A stretch of 64,000 bases of DNA, taken from assembly GCA_043228905.1 (NCBI GenBank), contig JBHGNT010000008.1, positions 22,134,001 to 22,198,000 on the forward strand. The letters run 5' to 3'. The DNA comes from Azolla caroliniana (lineage: Eukaryota; Plantae; Polypodiophyta). Below the pieces are notes generated by a model that worked only from the letters and a program-made list of their open reading frames with translations, ran no database searches and was not told where the DNA came from. Positions within the stretch are counted from its first letter, which is position 1. Every line of letters starts with the position of its first letter. This document shows, piece after piece, positions 37,916 through 49,300 of the stretch. The position numbers and the translations under genes were made by a program.

Positions 37916-40726
37916 TCTGAATATCCAACAAAAATACATTTTTCAGCTTTTGGATCAAGCTTACTTCTCACCTCAACAGGTACATGAACATAGGCAAGGC
38001 ATCCAAACACTTTTAAGTGTCCTAAATTCGGCTTTCTTCCATAGAAACATTCTTCAGGAGTTACTTCATGTACTCCAAATGTTATACATCTATTTAGGAT
38101 ATAGTTTGTTGTGTTTACAACTTCTGCCCATTAATACAACGACATATTTTATTTCTGTCATCATGGCTCTTGCTATGTTCACTAGAGTTCTGTTTTTTCT
38201 CTCAGCAACTCCATTTTGCTGTGGAGTATATCTACATGTAAACTGTCTCCTTATCCCTTGATTACATAGAAACTCAGAAAACTCATTTGAGAAGTATTCT
38301 CCTCCTCCGTTAGATCTTAAACACTTTATTTTAGTTCCAACCTACTTTTCTACCATGCATTTAAACTTACGAAAACAATCAAATACTTCACTTTTTTCTT
38401 TCATGAAGTAAACCCATGTTTTCCTTGACCAATCATCAATGAAAGTTACATAAAACTTACATCCACTAATTGATGCATTTTTTGTTGGTCCCCATACATC
38501 TGTATGTACCAAATCCAACAAATTTTTGCTTACATGTCTTTCATGAGGGAAAGGCAACCTGTTTTGCTTTCCATATTGACATGCTTCACATATTTTTCTC
38601 ATCTCACAGTCTTTCAACTTAGGCAGTCCAGCCACTACATCTTTCCTCAACATATTTTTCAATGTTTGCATACTTATGTGACCGATTCTCTTATGCCACA
38701 TTTCCACTTCTGAGATTACACTCATTCCTTCTGTAAACATGGCTATAATCTTTCTAGGCATATCCACATCTAACACAAACATCCTTCCTTCTCGTTTTCC
38801 TTTTGCAATGAGCTTTCCATTTTTCTCTATAAAGCATCCACTTTGCTTAAACTTAACTTTCATTCCTTGCTCCACTATCTGTCCAACAGAAATCAGGTTT
38901 TTTGCAAGGTTTGTAACATGCATAACATTCGGCATATACTTTGTTTTTCCTTTTTCTTCCCACAATGGGATATCTCCAACATGCTCTATTTGGTGAGTAG
39001 TATTATCACCTGTCTGTACATAACCAGGAATCTCTAGTTCTCGTAGACTTTCAAACCAGTTTTTATGTCCTGTCATATGATTAGATGCCCCAGAATCTAC
39101 ATACCACATAAACTCTTCATTGCATCTCTGTGAACATTCAGCCACTGTTGTTGTTTCATGTTGCATCACAAATGCACCATCTTTATCACAATCTTCACTG
39201 GTTGAGGCATAATTATTTTGATGTCTCTTCCCTCGTTTCTCATCATTTTGCTTTTTATAACATTCAGCCTGTGTGTGGCCTGGTTTTCCACAATACCAAC
39301 AGCCATCATCATTTGAATAAGTTTGCTTACCTCTGCCTCGATTGCTCCCGCTACCTCTAATGTTTTTTCTTCCACTAATGGTTTGTTGTCCTCTTCCTTG
39401 ATAACTATTATTGTTGGTTCTAGTTGAACCAAATCTTCCATGGCCTCTTCCTCGGCCTCTTCCAGCACTATTGTAGAGGGCTTGCCCCTCATTCTCTGAG
39501 TTTCCTTTGTTTACATCATCCATTTGATTTCTTTCTTCAACTACAAGCATTGAAACTAGATCTGGAAAACTTGGGATACTATCCCTTGTGAGAATAGATG
39601 TTTTGAAACTCTTGTAATGTTTTGAAACTCTTGTGAGAATAGATGTTTCTTTCTTCAACTACAAGCATTGAAGCTAGATCTGGAAAACTTGGGATACTAT
39701 CCCTTGTGAGAATAGATGTTTTGAAACTCTTTTATTGAGGTCCTAAGCCTCTTAAGCATATTTCCACCTTATCATCATCTTCTATCTTCACATTAATAGA
39801 AGCAAGTGATTCACATATGCTCTTTAGTTTCAGAGCATACTCATTTATTGACATCTTACCTTTTTCCAAGGTATTTAGCTCCATCTTCAACTGAAGCTTT
39901 CTTGCCTTTGTATTCACTGCAAACAGTTTTACTAAGTTGTCCCAAGCTTCTTTTGGAAGCATAGCATCCTGTATGTGTCCAAGCATCGAATCTGAGATGC
40001 TAAATGACAACCAATGCAATGCCTTTCTTGCCCCTTGGTTCCATTCCCTAAATGCTTTTATCTGTGTAGCAAATGCATTTTCTTCAAGGATCTCTGGAGC
40101 CTCTTCTAGGTCTCCTTCTATATAATCCCAGCATCCTTTCCCCATAAGAAAGTTTGTCATTCTGAATTTCTGCACCGGGAAATTGTTTTTATTCAACTTT
40201 TCTATGACTATTTGGCTTCCATTTTATGTAGCCATTTTCTCTTTCAAATTAGGGTTAACTTCACAGACAACTCTCTCTCTGATTCAGATTAGCAAACAAA
40301 GAAACAACCTTTCTCAGATCTGTACTATTCTAATCTTCTTTAAGAGCAACGGATCGTGATGTGCTGGATCATTCAGTGATCAAGACAAAAAGGGGAAAGG
40401 GAAAGAGACTTACCTTTTGCACAATCCAAAAAGCTTCTACTTCATTACATGCAGAGCTCAACTCGCTCTCGTCAATTTTCTGTTTTCTGTTCTTACAACT
40501 CTCTGCACTACTCTCACTCTTCTACACTTCTACTATTCTACTTACTTTTTTACCTAAGTTATAAGTGACTTATATATGCAGCTAATTAGCTACCAATAGC
40601 TAATTAGCTGTCTATAGCAAAATAGTTGTCAGTATCCAAATAATTGTGCATAGCTAAATAGTTGTTTCACCTTTATGTCCACTAGTAGCTAATTTGCTAA
40701 TAGCTACCATAGCTTATTTCTCAATA
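37916..40726 (-). mobile_element. Truncated Copia element (LTR-gag-PR-IN)
   Basis: Gag 39732-40196, CWYCGKPGHTQAEC, WYVDSGASNHM, MWHKRIGH, LDPKAEKCIFVGYSEE; ~85-bp internal duplication at 39528-39731; LTR-like 40350-40726. Confidence 0.88.
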
Positions 40727-40762
40727 GGGATCACATACCTTTGTTGAGCTTACTTCTCAACA

Positions 40763-40948
40763 CTAGTGATCGCTCTGGCATGGGGCCACATATGTTTGTG
40801 TGCACGAGCTCTAGGGGTTGTCGTATCGTCTCGTAGTGGAGACAGTGCGGACTTCGGGTCTGTTTCCCATATCGACAATGCTCGCAGAAGTCCGTCTTTG
40901 CATGGAGTTTCGGAATGTAGACGACCGACATCAGCTGATCAAGTCCGG
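40763..40948 (-). pseudogene. Copia integrase N-terminal fragment
   Basis: FCEHCRYGKQTR...LELVHTNICGPM. Confidence 0.75.
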
Positions 40949-42140
40949 TGTCGTGGGGAAAACCGTCCCTAGGAGGAATCGGTGGATGGTGTGCGTGAAC
41001 CGGCCCTTACACACGGGCACATGTTTTGATATATTTATATACGTAGTTAAGTACAGGCCAACGATGTAATTATCCTAGGTAGCACTAATTCATTAAGTAG
41101 GGAATCAAAGAGGATCTCTGTCCGAGAGAGCAGAGAATAACAGTGATTTAACAGTATGTAAACAGCTCTCTCTCCTTGTGCTATAAAAGGAGAGGAAAAG
41201 GGCATGAGTAGGGATCACACATTTTGAGAGGACGAAGTGTTGTCGGACTGGGTACCAAGCTCTCCTCCACCATCGTTGTTGTAGGGATTTTGGGTTAGGT
41301 TGGTTGCCTCTGCTGTGTGAAAGCTCGTGTGCTTCCGGTAGAGGCTCCACCACGTATTTCAGTGCGTGGTTCGTCTGTGTTGAGTCTGTCACCGGCTTGC
41401 CGGTTGTAACATTGCAAGTTGTAATCTATATTGTTATTGGAATTGATTCTTTCGTTTATGTCTCTCTGTGATTCTGCGAATCTCTCTTCCTCTTCTCTCT
41501 CACGCTCCTCGGTCAGTACCCCCGCGGTCCTGCCTTATTTCATACGCGTGAGTGTAACAACACGACATTAATTTGGTGAACCCGACGTGAAATAAGGTGG
41601 TAGAGGAATAAAAAATGAGGGGATCAGAGCTCGCCGAAGCCATGGCGGTAGCAGTCGATCGGATAGTAAGTGCTCGCGAGGGCACAGGCGCCCTCGACAG
41701 GGCCATCGAAGCAATCGTCGGCACAATAGGCCGATTCAATGGGAACGACGCCACGACGGAAATCATCCTGCATTGGAAACGTACACGGAGAGGCGGGCCG
41801 AAATGGTGATGAGGGACATCCCGGCGGAGAGGCGTCTGGCTGGGTTCCCTCAAGTAGTGACATTGGGCATCCACGTAGAGGTGCTCAAGGTGCAGGCTAG
41901 ATGCCAAACCTGGGGGGAATTCGAAGCGCGGCTCCTTGAACGGTACGGGCTTGATGACACGCTTCAGTTATCGAAGCGGGACTTTATGGATTGGGTGGAG
42001 ACCCCAAGAAAGGGGAGGAATGCGTCGGTGCTCCTCCGAGAGTTTGAGGAACACTTTGCACGCCTCTCAGCACTAGATAGGACCGTACTGGACACGAGTC
42101 GTGTCCTTTTATTCGCCAAAGCTATGGACGTGCGGGATCG
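40949..42140 (+). mobile_element. Truncated Gypsy E of the tRNA-Trp family (5' LTR, PBS, gag N-terminus)
   Basis: LTR 40949-41567 (TGTCGTGGGGAAAACC...AACACGACA), preceded by CCGG; PBS 41574-41591; MRGSELAEAMAVAVDRIV. Confidence 0.88.
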
Positions 42141-42792
42141 AAGATCAAGAATTCGTGTCGACGAAGATCCACACGGAGGAGAACGGTCGGATATGCTAAC
42201 CAAGGTGTTGACAACCGACAAGTTGGATGTGTGTCATAAGAGGATCGGGCTGACGAGACATCCCATGCCGGAGTGAAGGGGGAGATTGTTGGAAAATCGG
42301 TCCCTCCGGATGGGACCTGGTGATGAATGAAGAGGACCCGGTGAGAACCGGAAGAGATCCGGAAACCGGAGGAGACCCAGTGAGAATTGGAAGAGAGACA
42401 TATCTGTAAATATGTTTCTCGAGCAAGCCTATTGATGTTATATTTGTAAATAGCCCTAAGTTCATATAAGTATAAATATGACTTAGGGCAATCACTTTAA
42501 GTGTGTGTTGTTATTGTCGTCGATATTTTGTTGTACAGAGTGAGATACAGAGAAATACACTGTTGTAACCGCCGGTTGGTGAAGAAACAGAGCTCAAGGT
42601 CGTTGCCTCCGAGTCTCTGATTGTACCCTTTTTTCTTCATAGTGCTAGTTGGAATCTGTGGGCTCCCGTGGTTTTTCCCATTCAGGGTTTTCCACGTAAA
42701 CATCCTATGTACTCTCTTTTTTGTGTATGTTTATTTCCATTCCTATGTTGCACTCTTATCGAAGTAATTTAAGACTCGGTCGTGGCCGAACA
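42141..42792 (+). mobile_element. Copia 3' end: RNaseH C-terminus, PPT and LTR
   Basis: KIHTEENG / SDMLTKVL; PPT GAAGGGGGAGAT; LTR from TGTTGG at 42287; right boundary approximate. Confidence 0.75.
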
Positions 42793-42997
42793 GTATTCTG
42801 TGTTATTCCTCACACGCTCGTCGTGTCGAAATCGCTCATTCAGTTGTCGAATGTTACACTATGGTTCGATTCTCCGGACCGGTGCCGAGGGTCGATTCAA
42901 AAGATTGTACTCGCATTGGTTGATCGTGTGTGCCCGAGAATGGCAAATAGAGCAGTGTGTCTGTTGTCGCGGTATTCCGCGAGTACGTCTAAGATCT

Positions 42998-43542
42998 TAG
43001 GCGGGACCGTGGGGCTGTTGGACTAGGGAGTAGAGGGGGAATGGAAGCTTTGCTCGAGAGGGGAAAGGAAAGAATAGGACATAAACATAGAATGGATCGA
43101 GGCAAGATACACAAATGAGTTATATCAAGAAACACCAAACACTTTACAACCATGGCCGCATAGGCCAAACGAAAACACTATATGGAACCCTAACCAGATA
43201 AGTAAAGTAAAGAAGATGATGAAGGAGAAAACCTAAGGGAAACCCTAAACCCGAAATGGTATGAAGAAGAACAAGAATAGTAAAACCCTAGACGAAACCC
43301 TAAAACCGAAATAGAAACCCTCGACCTAAGTGATATACCTCTCTCACTCAAAATAGGCAACCCCCACACAAGAGACCCCTCCCTTCCTTTTATTGCCCAA
43401 GGAGGGAGGGACATTACAATGTGGGATAAATTCTCCCCCTTATTCTATACACCATTTTCCTACTATACATGTGCACATGTTCACGTTGCCGACTTGCCCA
43501 TTCCATCCTGGTTTCACACCAAAGCCGGAAATCTTCACGACA
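42998..43542 (-). mobile_element. Partial LTR F related to solo LTR D
   Basis: Shares GGCGGGACC..GGACTAGGGAG and ACAATGTGGGA blocks and the TCTTCACGACA terminus with 17139-17902; flanked by CCGT at 43543-43546. Confidence 0.8.
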
Positions 43543-44947
43543 CCGTATATTGTAGTGGAGAGAGGACCTCCTGACCAGTTGTGCTTTGCTCGGTGAGTAA
43601 GAACTCGAAAACGCTTTCGTCAAGATCTAGTTAATGCGGTTGTCAAGGCGTGGCTCTTCCAAGGAGAGTTTTGCCGCCTGTCGGGATTCTACCCGAGTCT
43701 GGGGTTTACCTCGTCGGTTTGTCTCTTTGCTGCCTCTGTGGCTAGATGACATCTATTCCCCAATGTTCTTCTGTGCTTGTCACAGATCTACAAGTGTGCC
43801 AAATGTGTTACTGGTTATGGTACCACGGTGCCGAATCCTTGGTCCTTTGGGGATCGTCTCAAGTACGATTAGTTTTTACAAGTTTTCCATGCCCTTTATA
43901 TAGGGTCATGGGCGGTTACGCTCGACGTGTGAACCGTTACCCTTCTTGAATATTTTTGGTTGTTACATCCTTTACTACGCTTCGGCCCCACCCTTCTTCT
44001 TCGTTTGCCATAACCGTCCCCTTTGTCTTTTCTCCTCTTCGACCTTTCCCACATGGCCATCCGAGGAGGCCAACAGTTGGTGATCGAGAGACGTGAACTG
44101 CCGCAACTTGTCGGTCCGTAGGGCCTTTGTGAAGATGGTGATCGTCTGCAAGTTCATGGTGATGTGTTGCAGGATGACCTCTCCGGCCAGGAGACACACT
44201 CGAATAAAGTGATAATGCACCTCAATATGCTTAGTTCGAGTGTGGAATATTGGGTTACGGGCCAAGTGGATGTTGCTCATGTTGTCGCAGTAGAGGAGAA
44301 TCAGATCCTTGGTGGGAACGCCCAGATCCTTCAAGATTCGTTTCGCCAAACGGCTTCACATGCGGCAATTGTCACGCCTTGTATTCAGCCTCTGTGCTTG
44401 ACAACGATTGTCGGCTGCTTCTTACTGCTCCGCGATATGGCTCCGCTGCCGAGGGAGAAGACAATTCCCGATGTTGATCGTTTGTCGGCTTTGTAGCTAG
44501 CCCAATCGGCATCGGTGTACCCTTTGAGTCAAATCGGTGTGGCCGACATGTAGAGGATGCCAAAGTCCATCAGCCCACTTACATAGTGTAACACTCATTT
44601 AGCACAATCCAAGTGAATGTTTCATGGTGTCTACATAAACTAGCTAAGGAGGCCGACAGGGTGTCATAACTAGACTCGAACCCATAACCTTTTGTTACAC
44701 GGGTCGAGACTTTACCATTAGGTTATGAATTGTAATTTGAAGGATATTATTTTCATTTAGGTTTTATTGGGAAATTGATGTATATTCCAGATTTCTCTAG
44801 AACATTCTAGAAACTTCAGGAGTATTCCTGAAGACACTATAAAAGGAGGCGCAAGGCATTAGTTCGAACCAAATCGGTTCAACGCCAGTCTTAAGCCTTC
44901 TAACTACTGTTGTATATCTTCCTTCATATAATACATATATCTTTCGC

Positions 44948-44987
<40 letters not shown>

Positions 44988-45204
44988 ACTCATTCCTTCT
45001 CTCAAAGTTCGACACCTCTCATAGTACTAATCCTTCTCTGTCTTAGTACTATTCCCCAACAATAGTACTAATCCTTCTTTTAGTACTAATTCCTTCTCTG
45101 CCTTAATAGAGTTCCTGACAGTTTGAACCGATTTCCGGGTGCCTGTCTGGTCTTTTCTCTCCCTCCTTTCCTACTAGTCTCTTATTTCCCTTTTCCTTCA
45201 TCCC

Positions 45205-46371
45205 ATGGCCACCGTTAGCGCTGAAGAGTATCAATCCGTTTTCTCGGAATTTCAATGCTTGAAAGAGAAGTTTCATGCTTTGGAACAAGAAAATCAACGC
45301 TTGTTGGGGGATCTTCAGCAAATTTCCTTAGAAAAGCAGCAAACGCAACAACAGCATGGGGAACTTGCGTTACGCGTGCAACAACTCGAAGCAACCATCG
45401 TAGCAATGCAACAACAAGGGCACGGAGCACAAGGGATTCATAAAGAACCCAAGATTGGCCTTCCCACGAAGTTCGATGGAACGCGATCGCAGTTTAGAGG
45501 GTTTCTTAACCAGGTACGGTTAGTTATTCAAATGCATCCGTCCCGATATCCCACCGATGCATCACGAGTGGGTTTAGTAGGCACGTTGTTAAATGGCTCA
45601 GCATTAGCATGGTTCGCTCCGCTACTAGAAAAGGAATCTCCAGTACTAAATAATTTTGAAGAATTCATAAGTGAGTTTAAAGCATGTTTTGGAGATACTG
45701 ACAGCATGACTGCAATCAACAAAATCCGGCGATTACGCCAAGGTGACCGTCCAGCCTCCACATATGCTGCAGATTTCCGCCTACTCGCCGCCGATATCCC
45801 CTGGGATGATCAAGCATTGATGGAGCAGTTCTGCTATGGTCTACGCAACGATGTCAAGGATTTACTCTTGACTTTCCCTGAAGAGCCAAAATCATTAACA
45901 GAAGCAATCAGTCGAGCGGTCAGATGTGACAACCGCCTCTTCGAGCGACGTTCGGAACGACAATTTCAGATGCCGAGGGCAAGATCCGAGCCTACCTATG
46001 CCTCAGTGGTAGCAAAACCTTTTCAAAGGGAGTCCCATAATGCGCCTCCAGTAAGTACTCCAACTCCAATGGAAATTGACACTACACGTCATCGTGGGCC
46101 GCTATCGGAGGAGGAAAAGCAACGACGCCGAACAAACCGATTATGCCTTTATTGCGGTGGACCAGGGCATATCGCGATAAACTGTCCCCATAGACCAAGA
46201 AGGCAGGTAAACCAAGTCGTTGTTAGTTCTGACTATACTAAACCCGAGTCTATTTCAGTAGGAATCTCTGATAGTCCTCATAGTCATAATAGTCCTAATA
46301 GTACTAATAGTCCGAATCTCGCAAACAAATTTGATGTCCTTAGCCAATTAGAAGAAGAGTTAAACGACTAA
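45205..46371 (+). CDS. gag: Gag of chromovirus G
   Basis: 388-aa ORF: coiled-coil N-terminus, PTKFDGTRSQFRGF, LRQG, PTPMEID, CLYCGGPGHIAINC. Confidence 0.93.
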   Translation: MATVSAEEYQSVFSEFQCLKEKFHALEQENQRLLGDLQQISLEKQQTQQQHGELALRVQQLEATIVAMQQQGHGAQGIHKEPKIGLPTKFDGTRSQFRGFLNQVRLVIQMHPSRYPTDASRVGLVGTLLNGSALAWFAPLLEKESPVLNNFEEFISEFKACFGDTDSMTAINKIRRLRQGDRPASTYAADFRLLAADIPWDDQALMEQFCYGLRNDVKDLLLTFPEEPKSLTEAISRAVRCDNRLFERRSERQFQMPRARSEPTYASVVAKPFQRESHNAPPVSTPTPMEIDTTRHRGPLSEEEKQRRRTNRLCLYCGGPGHIAINCPHRPRRQVNQVVVSSDYTKPESISVGISDSPHSHNSPNSTNSPNLANKFDVLSQLEEELND

Positions 46372-49300
46372 GTCCAGCCAAAATAGGAGCCGTTTGGTTG
46401 GACAGCCCTAGATCTGTGCAGCCCATTAGTGGTTCCATTCCCTCTAAGCAAGTTAGTGATGTGTTCGTAGCCCAAGTAGCAGTTAGTACTAAAAGTACCC
46501 CTCCAGTACATACCTTAGCCCTTCTAGATTCCGGAGCTAATTCTTGCTTCATGGATAGGAATTTTGCCCGAGCTCATCAGATATCTCTCAGAAAGCTCCC
46601 ATGTCCAGCCTCAGTAGTAGTCATTGATGGTCGTCCCATTGCTTCTGGTAATATCATAGAAGAGTCGGAACCCGTTAATATTGTCCTAGATAACTTAACA
46701 TGTGTAGTATCATTTAATATTATTAGTATTCCAGAACATCCCATAGTTTTAGGATTACCATGGTTCGAGTTACATAACCCAGACATAGATTGGAGGACAA
46801 GGGAAATCCGGTTGCGACAAACCCAAGGATCTACCCAGAAGGTTGCAACCATTTCACTACGTCAGTTGCGTGAGGAAGGGCGCAAGGAGGAAATGTTTCT
46901 CTTCGCAATATCAGTACAACCCTCCAGCACCACCAAAGAGGAGTCCACCGTTCAACTTCCCGAGAAGTATCGTCAGTATGCTGATGTGTTCGATAAAGTA
47001 CAAGCCAACACACTTCCTCATCATCGGCCGTACGATTGCGCCATCGACTTACAACCGGGAAAAGAGCCGCCATGGGGGCCGATCTACAATTTGTCACCAA
47101 CCGAGCTAGAAGTCCTTCGAGCCTATATAGAGGAGAATTTGGAGAACGGTTTCATTCGGCATTTGAAATCTCCAGCCGGCGCACCCATTTTCTTCGTCAA
47201 GAAAAAAGATGGCTCGCTTCGACTCGTTGTAGATTACCGTGGCTTGAATAAGGTCACAGTAAGAAATAGGTATGCTCTTCCCCTTATCTCAAGTCTTTTA
47301 GAACGGATCAACGGTGCCAGGTTCTTCACGAAGATCGACTTACGAGGAGCCTATAACCTCGTACGGATCCGACCAGGAGATGAATGGAAGACCGCGTTTC
47401 GCACCAGATATGGGCACTTCGAGTATACAGTCATGCCGTTCGGACTCACTAATGCGCCGGCAGTCTTCCAGCACATGGCGAATGATATATTTCGAGATCT
47501 CTTGGATGATTTTTTGATCATCTATTTGGATGATCTACTGGTTTATTCAAAGACCCAAGAAGAACATGATTCTCATGTACTATTAGTACTAAAACGACTT
47601 CGAGAACATGGTCTGTATGCAAAGTTAGAGAAATGTAGTTTCGGGTGCAACCAAGTGGAATTTCTCGGCTATGTCATCTCCTCAGAAGGCATATCTATGG
47701 ACCCAGCCAAGGTCAAAACGGTGATAGAATGGCACACTCCGCATTCGCTGCGGGATGTGCAATGCTTCCTAGGCTTTGCAAATTTTTACCGGAAGTTCAT
47801 ACAAAATTACTCAAAAATTGTGCTGCCTCTCACACAGCTCACCAGGAAGGGACAATCATTCATTTGGTCTAAAGAGACGGACATGGCTTTCGAGAGTCTT
47901 AAGAAGGCGTTTACATCAGCTCCAATTTTAGGTCATGTGGATCCGGAAAAACCATTCATTATCGAAGCTGACGCATCGGATTTCGCATTGGGGAGCATTC
48001 TGTCACAACAGGGTAACGACGAGAAGCTACATCCTGTGGCTTTCCACTCCCGTAAGTTTGACGCCGCCGAAATCAACTACGAAATTCATGATAAAGAGCT
48101 ATTAGCAATAGTTGATTCTTTTATGCAATGGAGGCATTTCCTGGAGGGATCTCCTCATCAGGTCACTGTATTCAGTGACCACAAGAACCTTGCCTACTTT
48201 CAAGATGCTCGTGTACTGAATCGACGTCAAGCTCGGTGGGCCCACTTCCTCACACGCTTCGACTTCAAAATTACATATCGTCCGGGGAAGCACCAAGGGA
48301 AGGCAGATGCATTATCACGGCGTTCGTATCTAACACCACGTCCCGGTGAGCCAGCTTTCGATAACCAAAAGCAAGTAATCTTGGGTCCAGCACGACTACA
48401 AGCAGCACAGGTCTTTGACATACCCGTGGATTCCGACATTACCAATACTATACGTGAGGACTTGAAGACTGACGCTTTCGCCCAAGCTATACTAGCACAA
48501 ATTGACCCCTCTCGAGCGTCATGTTCACAATCACAATCACCAGGTACGGATTATCGGCAATTCAAATACTGTGATGGATTACTCTTCTTTAAAGAACTTT
48601 TTTATGTTCCTAATGGTTCTTGCCGCCTTCGAGTAGTACAAAATTGCCATGACACATATACAACAGGACATTTTGGTAGTACTAAAACATTAGATTTAGT
48701 ACAACGATCATTCTGGTGGCCCCGTATGCGACAATTTGTCGAAGATTTTGTTCGGACTTGCGATACATGCTGCAGAGCGAAAATGCCAAGACATCATCCA
48801 TATGGTTTATTAGAACCATTACCAATTCCAAGCAAGCCATGGCAATCCATTGCTCTTGACTTCATTACAGATCTTCCAGTCTCTAAGGGATTCAGTGCGA
48901 TTCTCACAGTGGTGGATCGATATACGAAGATGGCTCATTTCTTACCATGTACTAAAGAAATATCTAGTGAAGACACCGCCGAAATTGTCATGCGGGAAGT
49001 ATGTCGGCATCATGGACTCCCTGATAATATCATCAGCGATCGTGGACCCCAGTTTGTGTCAAAATTCTGGAAGCACCTTTTTAAAATGCTGAAGGTCACT
49101 TGTAACCTCTCCTCCGGCTACCACCCACAAACCGACGGTCAAGCCGAACGAACAAATCAAACACTGGAGCAGTATCTGCGGTGCTTTCTCAACTATCATC
49201 AGAATGACTGGGCAGATATTCTTCAGTTCGCCGAATTTGCCTATAATAACGCTATCCACGCATCGACTAAAGTCACGCCATTCTACGCTTATACGGGATA

